A stretch of 64,000 nucleotides of DNA from Nanobdellati archaeon (lineage in GTDB: Archaea; EX4484-52; GLR71). Where the stretch lies: positions 200,663 to 264,662 of the forward strand of contig JAHYJR010000001.1 in assembly GCA_019429005.1 (NCBI GenBank), given 5' to 3'. Both the position numbers and the translations under genes were made by a program. The notes beneath the pieces are model-generated. The model worked only from the letters and a program-made list of their open reading frames with translations, searched no databases and had not been told where the DNA came from. Shown here piece after piece: positions 7,696-18,083 of the stretch (positions are counted from its first letter, which is position 1; each line of letters begins with the position of its first letter).

Positions 7696-8169
7696 ATGGC
7701 TAAACATAAGAAAAAATCTGAAAGTTCAAATGGTAAATTTACATTGATTGTTATTGCTATATTCATATTATCTACTGTTGGCTCAATTATGCTATCCTCA
7801 CCAGCAAATACAGGGACTGAAATCGCGTATCCCGAATCTGCTGTTATCGACAGGCAGTTTACACAAGGCGAATTTACAGCAATAAGACAAAGTGGTCTTG
7901 TAGCAATCATTTTTTCATCAGATATTTGTATTGAAAACTGTGATCTTATGCTTATGGACCTTGAGCGTACTGTACAGAAATATTCTCCATATGTGTTTAT
8001 GTCAAGAACCTATAATGCATCTGCACCAATAACGCTTATAAGTTATTCTGCTATAGAAGAATTTGAGACTTTTAATCAAACTGTTATTGATGAAGTAATA
8101 TGTCAATCGCTATATATTGACCCTGCAGAAAAATCAAAATATTGTCTTCCTTTAGCATTTAAGCAATAG
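7696..8169 (+). CDS. Membrane-anchored hypothetical protein (thioredoxin-like fold possible)
   Basis: Basic N-terminus, TM helix, CIENC motif and two C-terminal Cys. Confidence 0.7.
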   Translation: MAKHKKKSESSNGKFTLIVIAIFILSTVGSIMLSSPANTGTEIAYPESAVIDRQFTQGEFTAIRQSGLVAIIFSSDICIENCDLMLMDLERTVQKYSPYVFMSRTYNASAPITLISYSAIEEFETFNQTVIDEVICQSLYIDPAEKSKYCLPLAFKQ

Positions 8170-10776
8170 GTTTTCAGTATCTTTAATTTCTTTTTTGAAT
8201 CGTTTTATAGTATTTATCAGAACGTCTTTTTGAACTTTTATAAGGGTGCATATTGTAGATATCATTTCATCATCAGATAAATCTGTTTTTTGATTTTCTG
8301 TTGATTCATATTCTCTTTTTGCTTTATCTATTTGGATTTTTATTGTCGCTCTAAGCTGTACTGCTTTATCTTTATCAGTTGTTTCAATGTGACTGGCATA
8401 GCCAAGAATGTTCTTTACTTTATTTACAGATTTCCAGTAATTAAAAAGGTGTTTTGTTGCATCTAATGTTTCCATTTTGTCTTTAACACCAATCTCTTTT
8501 ACATATTCTTCAAGCATATTACTTGTGTCTGTTATGTTATCTTCAACACTATTTCCCGCCACAAATTCAATTCTTACGATACCATCTTGTATCTTTTTTG
8601 TGCCTAAAATCTTGATCTTTCCAATATCCTTTGTATTTGTGCAGTGTATACCGCCACAAGCTTCAGCATCATATTTTCCGACTTCAACAATTCGAATGAT
8701 TTTTCCAGGTGGTGCACCGCCTTGATATATTCTAAAACCATGTTTTTCTTCAGCATCCTGTCGTGACATAAACTGTGTTTTAATTGGTATTGCCTCATAA
8801 ATTATTTTATTTGCTGTATCTTCAATCTGTTTTAGCTCTTCAGCACTGATTTTTTTATAATGCGTAATATCTAGACGTGATTTTTTAATACCTTTATTCG
8901 CACCACCCTGCCAGACGTGGTCACCAAGAACTAGTTTTGCACTTGCACCTAGAATATGTGTTGCTGAGTGCATCTGTGCTAAAGTCTTACGTCGCACAGC
9001 ATTAATAACACCTACAACTTGTGCGTTTAAGCTAAAGCTTTTAATGTCCTCAACTTCATGCAAAACAACATCTTGTACTTTTTCAACATTTATGACTTTT
9101 TTATCATTTAATGTTCCGCTATCGTATGGCTGACCACCACCTGTCGGATAAAACAATGTTTTATCTAAAACAAGCCACTTGTTATCTATTATATCTATGA
9201 TTTTTCCACTAAATTCCATTTTTTCAGGTGATTCGTAATAAAGCATATCTGTTTTATCAATACCTTTGACATCAACTGTAACTTTTTTAGTTCTAAGTGG
9301 TGCTTTCTGATGTTTTTCAGACAATTTTGAATAGAATTCTCCAGGGATTTTGATTTCAAGATGTTTAGTTCTTGCAACATTTTCAATAAGTTCTGGTGTA
9401 ATTCCTTGAGATTCGTAAAGTGTCATAAGTGTATTTTTATCAAATTTATTTTTTTTGTCAATCATCGTATTGATGATTCTTTTTGCGTTTGTCAATGTTT
9501 TTGTATACTTGCTTTTTTCACTTTCAACAATCTTTTTCATGTTTTCAATATTATCTTCAAGCTCAGGGAACATAGGTTTTAAGTATTTAGCATGACCTTG
9601 TGCAATATCCATAAGTTCAAAATCCCATGCATTCCTGTTTATGAAATCAAGAGATCTTCGCAATAATACCCGTAAATTATAACCACCACCAACATTAGAT
9701 GGTATGCCACCATCCGTTGTTGCAAAAAGAAGTGTTCTTGCATGGTCTGCTACCGCATAAAGGTTTTGTAATGGCTCAAAATCATCTTTCATTTCTTTGA
9801 CAGTCACACCAACATGTTTTGCAGCATTTGCCATTGCTTTGTTTATGTCTTGAACCTCGTCTAGGTTAAGGGATCCTGCAATTTTTGAATATTTAGCAAA
9901 TTTTTCTTCATTGACTTTAATCCCTGTCGATTTTTTCATTTTGTTTGTAACGGGACCAAAAAGAGAATCATATGATGCTGAAGTTCCATTTGAGAACCAT
10001 ACTAATCTTTCAAGCCCCCATCCGACATCTACAACCTTTGTATCAAGTTGTTCATAACCAGCACCATTATTATTTTTTTGGAACTGCATAAATACCGAAT
10101 TGACAAGTTCAAGGCCTCTTGAGAATGTTTCAATACAAGGTCCGAATGCAGAAAAATCAGGCATTGCCCAGATATCTTCAATGTATACAAGTTCTTTTTC
10201 AGGTATACCCATTGCCTTTGTTAAGAAATTAAAATTAAGGTCTATGCATCTGTCTTTAAAATATCCAGTTTCAGGATATCCAAAAGCATGTTGTCCTGCC
10301 ATAACAAAAGAAGTTAAATGTCGTCCTGTTACACCAACATTGGGTATGTCTGGGAATCTTAAGCATACTTGCGGTACAACTAGTGGATTTGCAGGGTATT
10401 CAAAGCTCATCTTTCCATTATCAAGTCTTTGAAAATCTTGTATTGATGCAATTGTAAAATATAAGTCAGGTCTCCATCTGTCTACAACAGGATACCGTGG
10501 TATTGATGTATGTCCATTTTTTTTGAAGAATTTCTCAAAAAGTTTCCATGTTTCAATATAATCCCATTTTTGTTTTGTTATGGTGTCTCCAATAAAATCA
10601 TAATCTTGACATGGTGTATCTGCACAATATTTTCTTTCAGTATCAAGTGTCCAAAATACTTTACTACATTTTGAGCATGTTTTTCGCACAAAACCTCTCT
10701 CTTTGAATAGTTCAATCTGGTAATGTTTTTTCCAGTCTTTTGAAAATTCATTTTTAAGGTCTTTTTTGGTAAGCAT
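8152..10776 (-). CDS. alaS: Alanine--tRNA ligase (archaeal type)
   Basis: N-terminal Zn ribbon, LYFTIASI, TGRHLTSF, HSATH...CGGIH editing domain. Confidence 0.97.
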   Translation of the reverse strand: MLTKKDLKNEFSKDWKKHYQIELFKERGFVRKTCSKCSKVFWTLDTERKYCADTPCQDYDFIGDTITKQKWDYIETWKLFEKFFKKNGHTSIPRYPVVDRWRPDLYFTIASIQDFQRLDNGKMSFEYPANPLVVPQVCLRFPDIPNVGVTGRHLTSFVMAGQHAFGYPETGYFKDRCIDLNFNFLTKAMGIPEKELVYIEDIWAMPDFSAFGPCIETFSRGLELVNSVFMQFQKNNNGAGYEQLDTKVVDVGWGLERLVWFSNGTSASYDSLFGPVTNKMKKSTGIKVNEEKFAKYSKIAGSLNLDEVQDINKAMANAAKHVGVTVKEMKDDFEPLQNLYAVADHARTLLFATTDGGIPSNVGGGYNLRVLLRRSLDFINRNAWDFELMDIAQGHAKYLKPMFPELEDNIENMKKIVESEKSKYTKTLTNAKRIINTMIDKKNKFDKNTLMTLYESQGITPELIENVARTKHLEIKIPGEFYSKLSEKHQKAPLRTKKVTVDVKGIDKTDMLYYESPEKMEFSGKIIDIIDNKWLVLDKTLFYPTGGGQPYDSGTLNDKKVINVEKVQDVVLHEVEDIKSFSLNAQVVGVINAVRRKTLAQMHSATHILGASAKLVLGDHVWQGGANKGIKKSRLDITHYKKISAEELKQIEDTANKIIYEAIPIKTQFMSRQDAEEKHGFRIYQGGAPPGKIIRIVEVGKYDAEACGGIHCTNTKDIGKIKILGTKKIQDGIVRIEFVAGNSVEDNITDTSNMLEEYVKEIGVKDKMETLDATKHLFNYWKSVNKVKNILGYASHIETTDKDKAVQLRATIKIQIDKAKREYESTENQKTDLSDDEMISTICTLIKVQKDVLINTIKRFKKEIKDTENLLLKC

Positions 10777-10867
10777 AAGATAACACCAATTCAATATTTA
10801 GATTTCGGTATTAAGTTATTTAACTTTATCTAAGTTAGGCACTAATAAATTTTTAAGGTTTATCAAA

Positions 10868-11410
10868 CTAATTTTTAACAAATTTTTCAAAGATATCTTT
10901 ATTTTTAACTTCAGGATGGAACATAAGGCCATAGATATCTTTTGTTTTATGTTTTATAGCATGGACACAATTCTTTGATTCCGCTAAAATATCAAAGTTT
11001 GTTGAGGGTATTACTGAATAACTATGAAGGCTGTATGCATTAAATTTTCCAGAAAACAAAGAATTTTTCTTTTTTGTATTAACTTCAACAAGACCAATTT
11101 CTGTGCAAGGCTTAAGGGTTGAGCCAAATACGAGCGCGATAATTTCCATACCTGCACAGATTCCAAGCATAGGTTTATCGTAATTGGTTATCCAACTGAA
11201 TTTATCAATATCATCAATAAATCTGTTATCTTTAAGATTTGCTCCAGATAGAATTATTTTATCTGTTTTATCTATATCTTTGTCCTTTATTTCAGAATAC
11301 TGTAGGACCCTAAAATCCGTTTTATCTTTTATTACAGACACAATAGGCTGAATAAATTCATAAGCTTCTAAAGAATCTTTTTTATGGTTCATATCAACAA
11401 TCAATATCAT
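10868..11410 (-). CDS. Class I glutamine amidotransferase (GMP synthase A-like)
   Basis: IILSG, LGICAGME nucleophile elbow and FHPE triad motifs. Confidence 0.9.
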   Translation of the reverse strand: MILIVDMNHKKDSLEAYEFIQPIVSVIKDKTDFRVLQYSEIKDKDIDKTDKIILSGANLKDNRFIDDIDKFSWITNYDKPMLGICAGMEIIALVFGSTLKPCTEIGLVEVNTKKKNSLFSGKFNAYSLHSYSVIPSTNFDILAESKNCVHAIKHKTKDIYGLMFHPEVKNKDIFEKFVKN

Positions 11411-12087
11411 TTATCAACCAGCTCCACAGATTTGATTATGAATATGCCCGAATTGTCTTTTGCGTTTTTTTCAAAGTCTGTAAGTACTATTCGTTTCTTG
11501 AAGAACGGTGCATCAAGAACGGTGGTCTCAAGTTCACCACCTTCACCTGCAGGATTTATTTCATATTTGGCTTGTAATACAACAAGCTTTGCTATAATAT
11601 TTTTATCTATTTTTTGCCCTAGCCAACTTTCGTCTAGAGGATATGCAAAGATACCAGAAATAATTATATTGTATTTATTTTCAACAAGTTCATTTAGAAG
11701 TTCTACCTGATCTTTCATCCAGAGCGGATTTATGCATTTCAAGTTTAACTTATCACATATAATCTCTATCCTTTTTGATTGATAAACAGATTGTATTGTG
11801 CCAGTTACGATTCCATTTAACTTGTATATTTTTTTTGCTTTTTTTATCGCATTCTCAAGATCTTCTAGTTCTTTTTCTTTTATACCTTCAGTTTCGACTT
11901 TTAAAAGTGGGATACCTATTGCTTCAGCTTGAAGGTCTGTAATATGGATGTTTGGCGTATGAAACATATAGCTTTCCTTATTTTTTGAGACAATTGCTAT
12001 AAGACATACTACTGTTTCTTTTTTCATAGCTATATCTAACGCATATGTTGAATCCTTGCCACCTGAAAACAGAACACCGAGTTTCAT
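11407..12087 (-). CDS. dph6: Diphthine--ammonia ligase (Dph6, PP-loop ATPase)
   Basis: LFSGGKDS, SYMFH, NPAGEGGELET...DAPFF motifs. Confidence 0.9.
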   Translation of the reverse strand: MKLGVLFSGGKDSTYALDIAMKKETVVCLIAIVSKNKESYMFHTPNIHITDLQAEAIGIPLLKVETEGIKEKELEDLENAIKKAKKIYKLNGIVTGTIQSVYQSKRIEIICDKLNLKCINPLWMKDQVELLNELVENKYNIIISGIFAYPLDESWLGQKIDKNIIAKLVVLQAKYEINPAGEGGELETTVLDAPFFKKRIVLTDFEKNAKDNSGIFIIKSVELVDK

Positions 12088-12192
12088 AAGATAATAATTG
12101 ATAGGCAATCATTTAATCTTTTTTGTTAATGTTGCTCAGTTTGGTTTAGAAATGAACTCTTAGAAAAAAATTGTTAAAAAAAAATAAAATAA

Positions 12193-12216
12193 AGATGACA
12201 AACAAAGTTGTCATCT
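12193..12216 (-). terminator. Hairpin plus T-tract after the ribosomal stalk operon
   Basis: AGATGACAA-N6-TTGTCATCT followed by a long T-run on the minus strand. Confidence 0.7.
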
Positions 12217-12228
12217 AAAGTGATGTAT

Positions 12229-12519
12229 TTAACCGAAAAGTGCTCCAAGTCCAGCTGCTGCTTCTTCAGGTTTCTTTTCTTCTACTTTAGCTTCTACTTT
12301 AGCTTCAGCCACAGGTGCTGCTGCTGTAGGTGCTGCTGTAGCGACTGCTGAAGTTTTAATAGCATCTTCTATATCAACACTTTCAAGTGCTGCTACAAGA
12401 GCTTTAATTCTAGAATCGTCTGCTTTTACACCAGCTGCGTCAAGAACTTTCTTAACTGCTGCTTCATCAACTTTATTTCCAGATGCATGTAATAACATTG
12501 CTGCGTATATATATTCCAT
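12229..12519 (-). CDS. rpl12: 50S ribosomal protein L12 (aP1)
   Basis: [11 protein letters not shown]...[10 protein letters not shown]. Confidence 0.98.
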   Translation of the reverse strand: MEYIYAAMLLHASGNKVDEAAVKKVLDAAGVKADDSRIKALVAALESVDIEDAIKTSAVATAAPTAAAPVAEAKVEAKVEEKKPEEAAAGLGALFG

Positions 12520-12575
12520 TTATTTCTCCTCCTTTTTTAAATTATCTTATAATTATTCTTTGGTTGAATATGTTT

Positions 12576-13544
12576 TTAACCGAAAAGTGCTCCAAGACCT
12601 ACTGTTACATCTTCAGGTTTATCTTCTTCGTGTTTTTCTTCTTTTTTCTCTTCAATTTTTGCTTCTTCAATTGGTGCTGCCGTTGCAATTTGTATACCAC
12701 CCCTTGCATCATCAGGCAATCTTGACGATACAGACATCATCTGTGCATATGCTTTCGGTATAATTGATTTGATTGTTTCTTTATTTAAAACACCTGAATT
12801 TATAGCAAGATTTAATGTATCTGTGTGTGCTTTTCCAATCAGAAGTGCTATTACATCTTTAGTTGGGTATGCTGCATTAAATGCAAGATTAAATGACCAT
12901 TTGTAAGCATTTTGTATGTTTGTTCTATATTCAGCTTGATTAATATCGAGCGTATCTTTCATGAATATGATTCCATCTTCATAAGCTGCAACAAGGTTAA
13001 GGCTAATCATAACTGGTTTGATTCCAAGTTGCATTAATATGCTAGCAAGTGATGATGAAATCTCGTCTCCTTCGCTTGCGACTTTTGAATCTTCAGTTAT
13101 TGTTATTATAGGCCCTTGTATTCTTGCTTTAATTTTTGCCTTTTGAAGTTCACCTATTATAGGACCTGGTGTCAGTTTTGTATCTCCTTTTGGAATCACT
13201 AATTCTTTAGGTGCTTTTTCTCCAGCTTTTAAGTATGTTGCGACTTTACTTTTATTTATTTTTTGAAATAATTTGAAAGGGTTTTCATTACTTAATATTA
13301 TACCTGGATTTTCTATGTTTAGTTTGTTTAATTCAGCTATATTATCTTTTTTAACACCCCCAATAGATCTTGTAAGTATACATTTTTTTGCGATTTTTAT
13401 ATCTGCTGTACCTCGAAGTTCTTGTCGTATCATGTGTAACTGTGCAGCTGGTAATTTATGCAGATCAACCATACCAATAATCTTATGATTAGATATAGCT
13501 TTCTTAATCTTTTCAGTTTCTTTGATTTTCCATTCTTGTACCAT
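12576..13544 (-). CDS. rpl10: 50S ribosomal protein L10 (aP0)
   Basis: N-terminal EWK, NPFKLF and C-terminal GLGALFG; operon position. Confidence 0.97.
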   Translation of the reverse strand: MVQEWKIKETEKIKKAISNHKIIGMVDLHKLPAAQLHMIRQELRGTADIKIAKKCILTRSIGGVKKDNIAELNKLNIENPGIILSNENPFKLFQKINKSKVATYLKAGEKAPKELVIPKGDTKLTPGPIIGELQKAKIKARIQGPIITITEDSKVASEGDEISSSLASILMQLGIKPVMISLNLVAAYEDGIIFMKDTLDINQAEYRTNIQNAYKWSFNLAFNAAYPTKDVIALLIGKAHTDTLNLAINSGVLNKETIKSIIPKAYAQMMSVSSRLPDDARGGIQIATAAPIEEAKIEEKKEEKHEEDKPEDVTVGLGALFG

Positions 13545-13558
13545 TTAGCTCAATCCCT

Positions 13559-14203
13559 TTAATATTTAGATACGTCTATTTTTGCCGCATTGCTCATAGT
13601 TAATTTTAAATAAATTGATTTTATGTTATGTTCTTGCGACGGTAATTTATTTTTAACTACATTTATAACAGCTTTTGCATTTTCTTCAAGATCTTTGTTG
13701 TCCATGCTTTCACTTCCAATTTGGCAGTGTATTACAGGTGCTTTATCTGTTACATTTACGACTATTGTATTTTTTAATTTATTAATCATAGCTGCTGGAT
13801 CTGCTTGTGGTGGCATTGGTCTAGGCATTTTACCCATTGGACTCATGTATTTACCAAAGCTTTTACCTATATTTGCCATAAGCTGTGGTTCTGCGATAAA
13901 GAAATCAATTTCTCTTACAAGTTTCTTAATTGCTGTTTTATCTTTTTTATATTTATCAAGACTTTTTTCATCAATTGTTATATCAGCGATACCTTTTGCT
14001 TTTGAAATTAGTTCAGTTCCTATAACACAGATTTTTGCAGGTTTACTTCTTCCTTTTGGAAGTAAGACATCTTCTCTAAATCTGTTTTCAACTTTTTTAA
14101 AGTCCATGCCTTTAAGATTTATTGCAAGGTCTACAGATTGTATGAAATTTCTTTCTTTTTTATTCTTTTTCAAGTTTTCAATAATCTTGTTTATTTCACT
14201 CAT
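13559..14203 (-). CDS. rpl1: 50S ribosomal protein L1
   Basis: RNFIQSVDLAINLK, GKMP, KLTM motifs. Confidence 0.97.
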   Translation of the reverse strand: MSEINKIIENLKKNKKERNFIQSVDLAINLKGMDFKKVENRFREDVLLPKGRSKPAKICVIGTELISKAKGIADITIDEKSLDKYKKDKTAIKKLVREIDFFIAEPQLMANIGKSFGKYMSPMGKMPRPMPPQADPAAMINKLKNTIVVNVTDKAPVIHCQIGSESMDNKDLEENAKAVINVVKNKLPSQEHNIKSIYLKLTMSNAAKIDVSKY

Positions 14204-14219
14204 ATTTATGACCTATCAA

Positions 14220-14939
14220 TTATTTTTTTGCTTCTTTCCTTGAACCTTCTTTTGGAACCATTCTATCTATTACAGTTTTAGATATCCCTGCTTCTTTAAG
14301 TTTATGTTTTATATCTGATGCGGATTTATTTTTCATTTTTTCAAGGATTTCAACAACTTTAATTTCTTCATCAGCATGTTGTTTTTTAATCGTTTCAGCA
14401 AATGTTTTTCGTTCTCCTTCTATTATTTTAAGTTCATCTTCAGAAAGTTCAGTCTTTCCAGATTCAATCTTTTGATCATATAAACCTTCATTGATTTCTT
14501 TTGTGATTACTTGTGGTGTTTTATCTTCAATTAAAATACCCATTGTAACACAAGTTCCAATAACTGTTTTTACTGCAGATTTGAGTGTTTTTGCACCCAT
14601 TGATTCTTGTTTCATCTTTGCGATTTTTATTGCTTGTTCAATCTTCATATCTGCTACATTTTCAGTTCCAGCCATACCTGATGCTTTTTCAAGGTTAAGT
14701 TCTTTTTTGATTAATTCAGATACTGATGGTGCACCAACTTCGATTTTAAACTCTTTTGTTTCTGTATCAATTTTGACAAGGACAGGTACTTTCATACCCT
14801 TAAAAGCTTCTGTTTTTTCATTTATTGTATCAATAACAGCTTTTATATTTACACCCATTGGTCCTAATGCAGGGCCTAATGGTGGTCCTGCAGATGCTTT
14901 TCCGCCATCAACTATTGTTTCGATTATTTCTTCACTCAT
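14220..14939 (-). CDS. rpl11: 50S ribosomal protein L11 with C-terminal extension
   Basis: GGKASAGPPLGPALGP...GTCVTMG; 239 aa. Confidence 0.97.
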   Translation of the reverse strand: MSEEIIETIVDGGKASAGPPLGPALGPMGVNIKAVIDTINEKTEAFKGMKVPVLVKIDTETKEFKIEVGAPSVSELIKKELNLEKASGMAGTENVADMKIEQAIKIAKMKQESMGAKTLKSAVKTVIGTCVTMGILIEDKTPQVITKEINEGLYDQKIESGKTELSEDELKIIEGERKTFAETIKKQHADEEIKVVEILEKMKNKSASDIKHKLKEAGISKTVIDRMVPKEGSRKEAKK

Positions 14940-14962
14940 TATGTTACACCATGAAATATGTT

Positions 14963-15394
14963 TTAATTGCTAATCTTCTTTAGAAGATCAATTTTAATTG
15001 TAATTGGTATTGGAACGACAGCTTCAATCAGTTCAATTTTTGCTTCTCTTTTTTGTTCATTTATTCTTGTGATTTTCGCTTTTTCTCTTTTAAATGGACC
15101 ACCCATAACTTCAACAAAGTCTCCTTCTTTTATAGTGATTTCAACAGTTCTCTCTTCGAAATATGTGTTTAATGTCTCAACTGACACTTCTTTACTGATA
15201 ACACCCCTTATGTGTGGTATTGTTTTTATAAATGCTTCCATCTCTTCTTGGTTTTCGCCTTCAACAAAAAAATATCCTTTAATTTCTGCGGGACTAATTA
15301 TAGCTTGTATTATACCCTCATCAGTTTTTTTAAGGTCTATTGAATCTATTGCAGTCTTTTCACGCCCTACTGTAGTTCGTACTGTTAATATCAT
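14963..15394 (-). CDS. spt5: Transcription elongation factor Spt5/NusG
   Basis: VRTTVGRE, KGYFFVE and KOW motif GDFVEVMGGPFK. Confidence 0.96.
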   Translation of the reverse strand: MILTVRTTVGREKTAIDSIDLKKTDEGIIQAIISPAEIKGYFFVEGENQEEMEAFIKTIPHIRGVISKEVSVETLNTYFEERTVEITIKEGDFVEVMGGPFKREKAKITRINEQKREAKIELIEAVVPIPITIKIDLLKKISN

Positions 15395-15415
15395 GAGAGA
15401 TCACATTTTTATTTT

Positions 15416-15586
15416 TTAAAAGATGCCTGTTATCATTGCAAAAATATATATAACAAAACCAACAAGACCTATTAACAAAATACCAATGCCTGTGATTTTT
15501 ATAGACATAGACAATTCTGCTTTTGAAGGTTTTTTTGTAATATTTAATACTCTTTTAAAATCCTTGAGTTTGTTTTTTATGGACAT
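15416..15586 (-). CDS. secE: Protein translocase subunit SecE (Sec61-gamma); below the ORF-track cutoff
   Basis: Translated by hand: MSIKNKLKDFKRVLNITKKPSKAELSMSIKITGIGILLIGLVGFVIYIFAMITGIF; canonical ftsZ-secE-spt5 order. Confidence 0.95.
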   Translation of the reverse strand: MSIKNKLKDFKRVLNITKKPSKAELSMSIKITGIGILLIGLVGFVIYIFAMITGIF

Positions 15587-15710
15587 TGTTATCACAGAAT
15601 AAGCTCTCTTCTACCTAAGTAGTGATACGAGCTGACTTGTATATTTTTATAGACAATATATCTTTATATATTTTACTAATATTTTGATATTTTTGAAAAA
15701 TATATGGATT

Positions 15711-16835
15711 TTATATAAAATCTATACCTAATTCTTTTTCAATTTCTTTTTGTTCTTCTTTTCTAAATGAATGTTCTGAACCAAAAATCTGCGGACTTTT
15801 AACACCTGTTACGATTATCATAGCTCTTAAAGTATCTCCGAGATCTCTTTGTATTTGAGCACCCCATATAATTTTTGCATCTGGTGATAATCTTGTAGAG
15901 ACTGCATTTACTACAGATTGACTTTCTTTAAGTGTTAAATCAGGACCTCCTGTAATATTAATAAGTGCACCATCTGCACCATCTATATCAACATCAAGTA
16001 GTGGGTTTGCAAGAGCTTTTTGTACTGCTTCTTCTGCTCTGTTTTCGGTATCACTTTGACCCATACCAATCATAGCAAGACCACCTTCACTCATAACAGC
16101 TTTAATATCTGCAAAATCAAGGTTAATCAAACCGGGTTGTGTAACAAGTTCAGTTATTCCTTTTACTGCATTTACAAGAATCTCATCTGCGACCTTGAAT
16201 GCTGTATCAATTGATACATCAGGAACAATACTTAATAATTTATCATTTGGTATAACAATAAGTGTGTCTGCAACAGGTTCAAGTTTTCTTAAACCATCTT
16301 TAGCATTTATTTGTCTTTGTTTACCTTCCATTGAAAATGGTAATGTTACGATTGCGATTGTAAGTGCACCAACTTTCTTGGATATTTCTGCTATAACTGG
16401 TGCAGCACCAGTACCTGTACCGCCTCCAAGACCACAAGTTATAAAGACCATATCAGAGTGTTCAAGAAGTGCTTTAATTTCATCTCTACTTTCTTTTGCA
16501 GAAGCTTCACCTTTTTTTGGATCAGCACCAGCACCAAGACCTTCTGCGATTTCTTTACCTAAAAGTATTTTTTGATCTGCATCAGTATATAATAAATCTT
16601 GTGCGTCTGTATTAAGTGCTATAATCTCAGCACCCTTTATACCAATTTGTGACAATCTCTCAATTGTGTTATTTCCAGCACCACCGACACCCAAAACTTT
16701 TATTTCAGCAAGCCTATTGTCTAGGAGCTTTTTTAATTCAGAATCAATTGCATGAAGTTTTTTCGTATCTTTCTTCCTATCTTTATTTAAGATATCATCA
16801 TTTTCATTAATAATTTTTTCCATTAAATCCACCAT
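15711..16835 (-). CDS. ftsZ: Cell division protein FtsZ
   Basis: GVGGAGNN, GLGGGTGTG and INLDFAD motifs. Confidence 0.98.
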   Translation of the reverse strand: MVDLMEKIINENDDILNKDRKKDTKKLHAIDSELKKLLDNRLAEIKVLGVGGAGNNTIERLSQIGIKGAEIIALNTDAQDLLYTDADQKILLGKEIAEGLGAGADPKKGEASAKESRDEIKALLEHSDMVFITCGLGGGTGTGAAPVIAEISKKVGALTIAIVTLPFSMEGKQRQINAKDGLRKLEPVADTLIVIPNDKLLSIVPDVSIDTAFKVADEILVNAVKGITELVTQPGLINLDFADIKAVMSEGGLAMIGMGQSDTENRAEEAVQKALANPLLDVDIDGADGALINITGGPDLTLKESQSVVNAVSTRLSPDAKIIWGAQIQRDLGDTLRAMIIVTGVKSPQIFGSEHSFRKEEQKEIEKELGIDFI

Positions 16836-16962
16836 TTGTTCCTATTCGTAAATTATGATAATTATATACCACTTAATGGTTTTTAAAACTATTTAAACAT
16901 TTCTTGTTTTATATCTAAATTGTTTATCTTGTGGTACTATTATTGTTTATTTTTTATATATC

Positions 16963-17628
16963 CTATACTGTTTTTTTATAAATTTCAACAAACTCAATCT
17001 TTTTGATATCTGATATATATTGTATAATCTTATTTGCAGTCATATTTTTTAGTTCAGGAGTTGTTTTGATTGTATTTGGTATTATGATTTTTGCACTTTT
17101 ATCTACGATTTCAACATCAACTTCTGCCGAAATATAATATGATACTATTGCTTTAATTTGTTCTTTTGTATCTTTAATTTGTTCGTTTATTTTGATGTCG
17201 TAGATTAATGTTTTTTCAGCAAGCGGGTGATTGAAATCAATTTTAACTCGTCCGCTATTTACACTCAAAATGTGACCACGTTGACCATTACCTAAATCTA
17301 AGTATTTTCCTGGAATGGGGTTTACGCCCTGTTTTTTGAAGTCTTTCATATTAAATACTTTTGTTAATTCTGGATTTCTTTGACCAAACGCATTTTCAGG
17401 CTTAAGTTCAATTGTCTTTTTATCTCCAATTTTCATATTTTTCATTTCTGCTTCAAGACCTTTGAGTATGAATCCACCGCCAATTATTATTGTTATTGGG
17501 CCATATTTCATAGTTGGATTATAAATTTCATTTTCTTTTGCGATTTTTTCGTCTGTAAGATCAAAAATTTTACCTGTTTCTTTGACAGTTCCAACATATT
17601 CGATGCTTATAAAATCGTTATCTTTCAT
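16963..17628 (-). CDS. slyD: FKBP-type peptidyl-prolyl isomerase (long archaeal SlyD type)
   Basis: GKIFDLT, PENAFG and IDFNHPLA motifs. Confidence 0.93.
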   Translation of the reverse strand: MKDNDFISIEYVGTVKETGKIFDLTDEKIAKENEIYNPTMKYGPITIIIGGGFILKGLEAEMKNMKIGDKKTIELKPENAFGQRNPELTKVFNMKDFKKQGVNPIPGKYLDLGNGQRGHILSVNSGRVKIDFNHPLAEKTLIYDIKINEQIKDTKEQIKAIVSYYISAEVDVEIVDKSAKIIIPNTIKTTPELKNMTANKIIQYISDIKKIEFVEIYKKTV

Positions 17629-17769
17629 GTAAAATCACTTAATCATTTAGAATTTGTAGTTATTTAATGATATAATATTATTAAAAGTATCTAAAAATTT
17701 TATATATCTTCTTATATTCATTTAATTTCAGCAATATTTAAAAAGTTTAATTATATTATAATTGTTTTA

Positions 17770-18027
17770 ATGGGATCAAAAGCTGATGACTGGATATCTG
17801 GAATAGATGTTGTATCACAACAGAATATAAAGAATTTGTTGACACTTATTATACAGCATAGACCCCATTATGAGAATTCAAAAGATCCAGCAGTTTCTCA
17901 GTTATGGTTTGTTGCAATCGAATTGTTTTCACGTATCGAAATCTTAGAAAAACGTATAGAATCTCTTGAAAATTTGAAAAGCAGACCTTACGATCTGAGT
18001 TTACTTGATACTTTGGATAATTATTAA
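17770..18027 (+). CDS. Small hypothetical coiled-coil protein
   Basis: 85-aa ORF; YENSKDPAVSQLW followed by heptad repeats. Confidence 0.7.
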   Translation: MGSKADDWISGIDVVSQQNIKNLLTLIIQHRPHYENSKDPAVSQLWFVAIELFSRIEILEKRIESLENLKSRPYDLSLLDTLDNY

Positions 18028-18083
18028 GTGTAGTTAGTATAAGTTTTTATAGTTATAGATTGAATATCTATTTAGTGATATGT

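Noticed and set aside
12229-12596. Identical 21 bp at the 3-prime ends of rpl12 and rpl10
   Set aside because: Both encode the known conserved LGALFG stalk tail.
13623-15419. Long antisense ORFs over rpl1, rpl11 and spt5 (similar ones over mcm, tbp, ftsZ and the CNNM gene)
   Set aside because: Shadow frames of well-conserved genes on the opposite strand.
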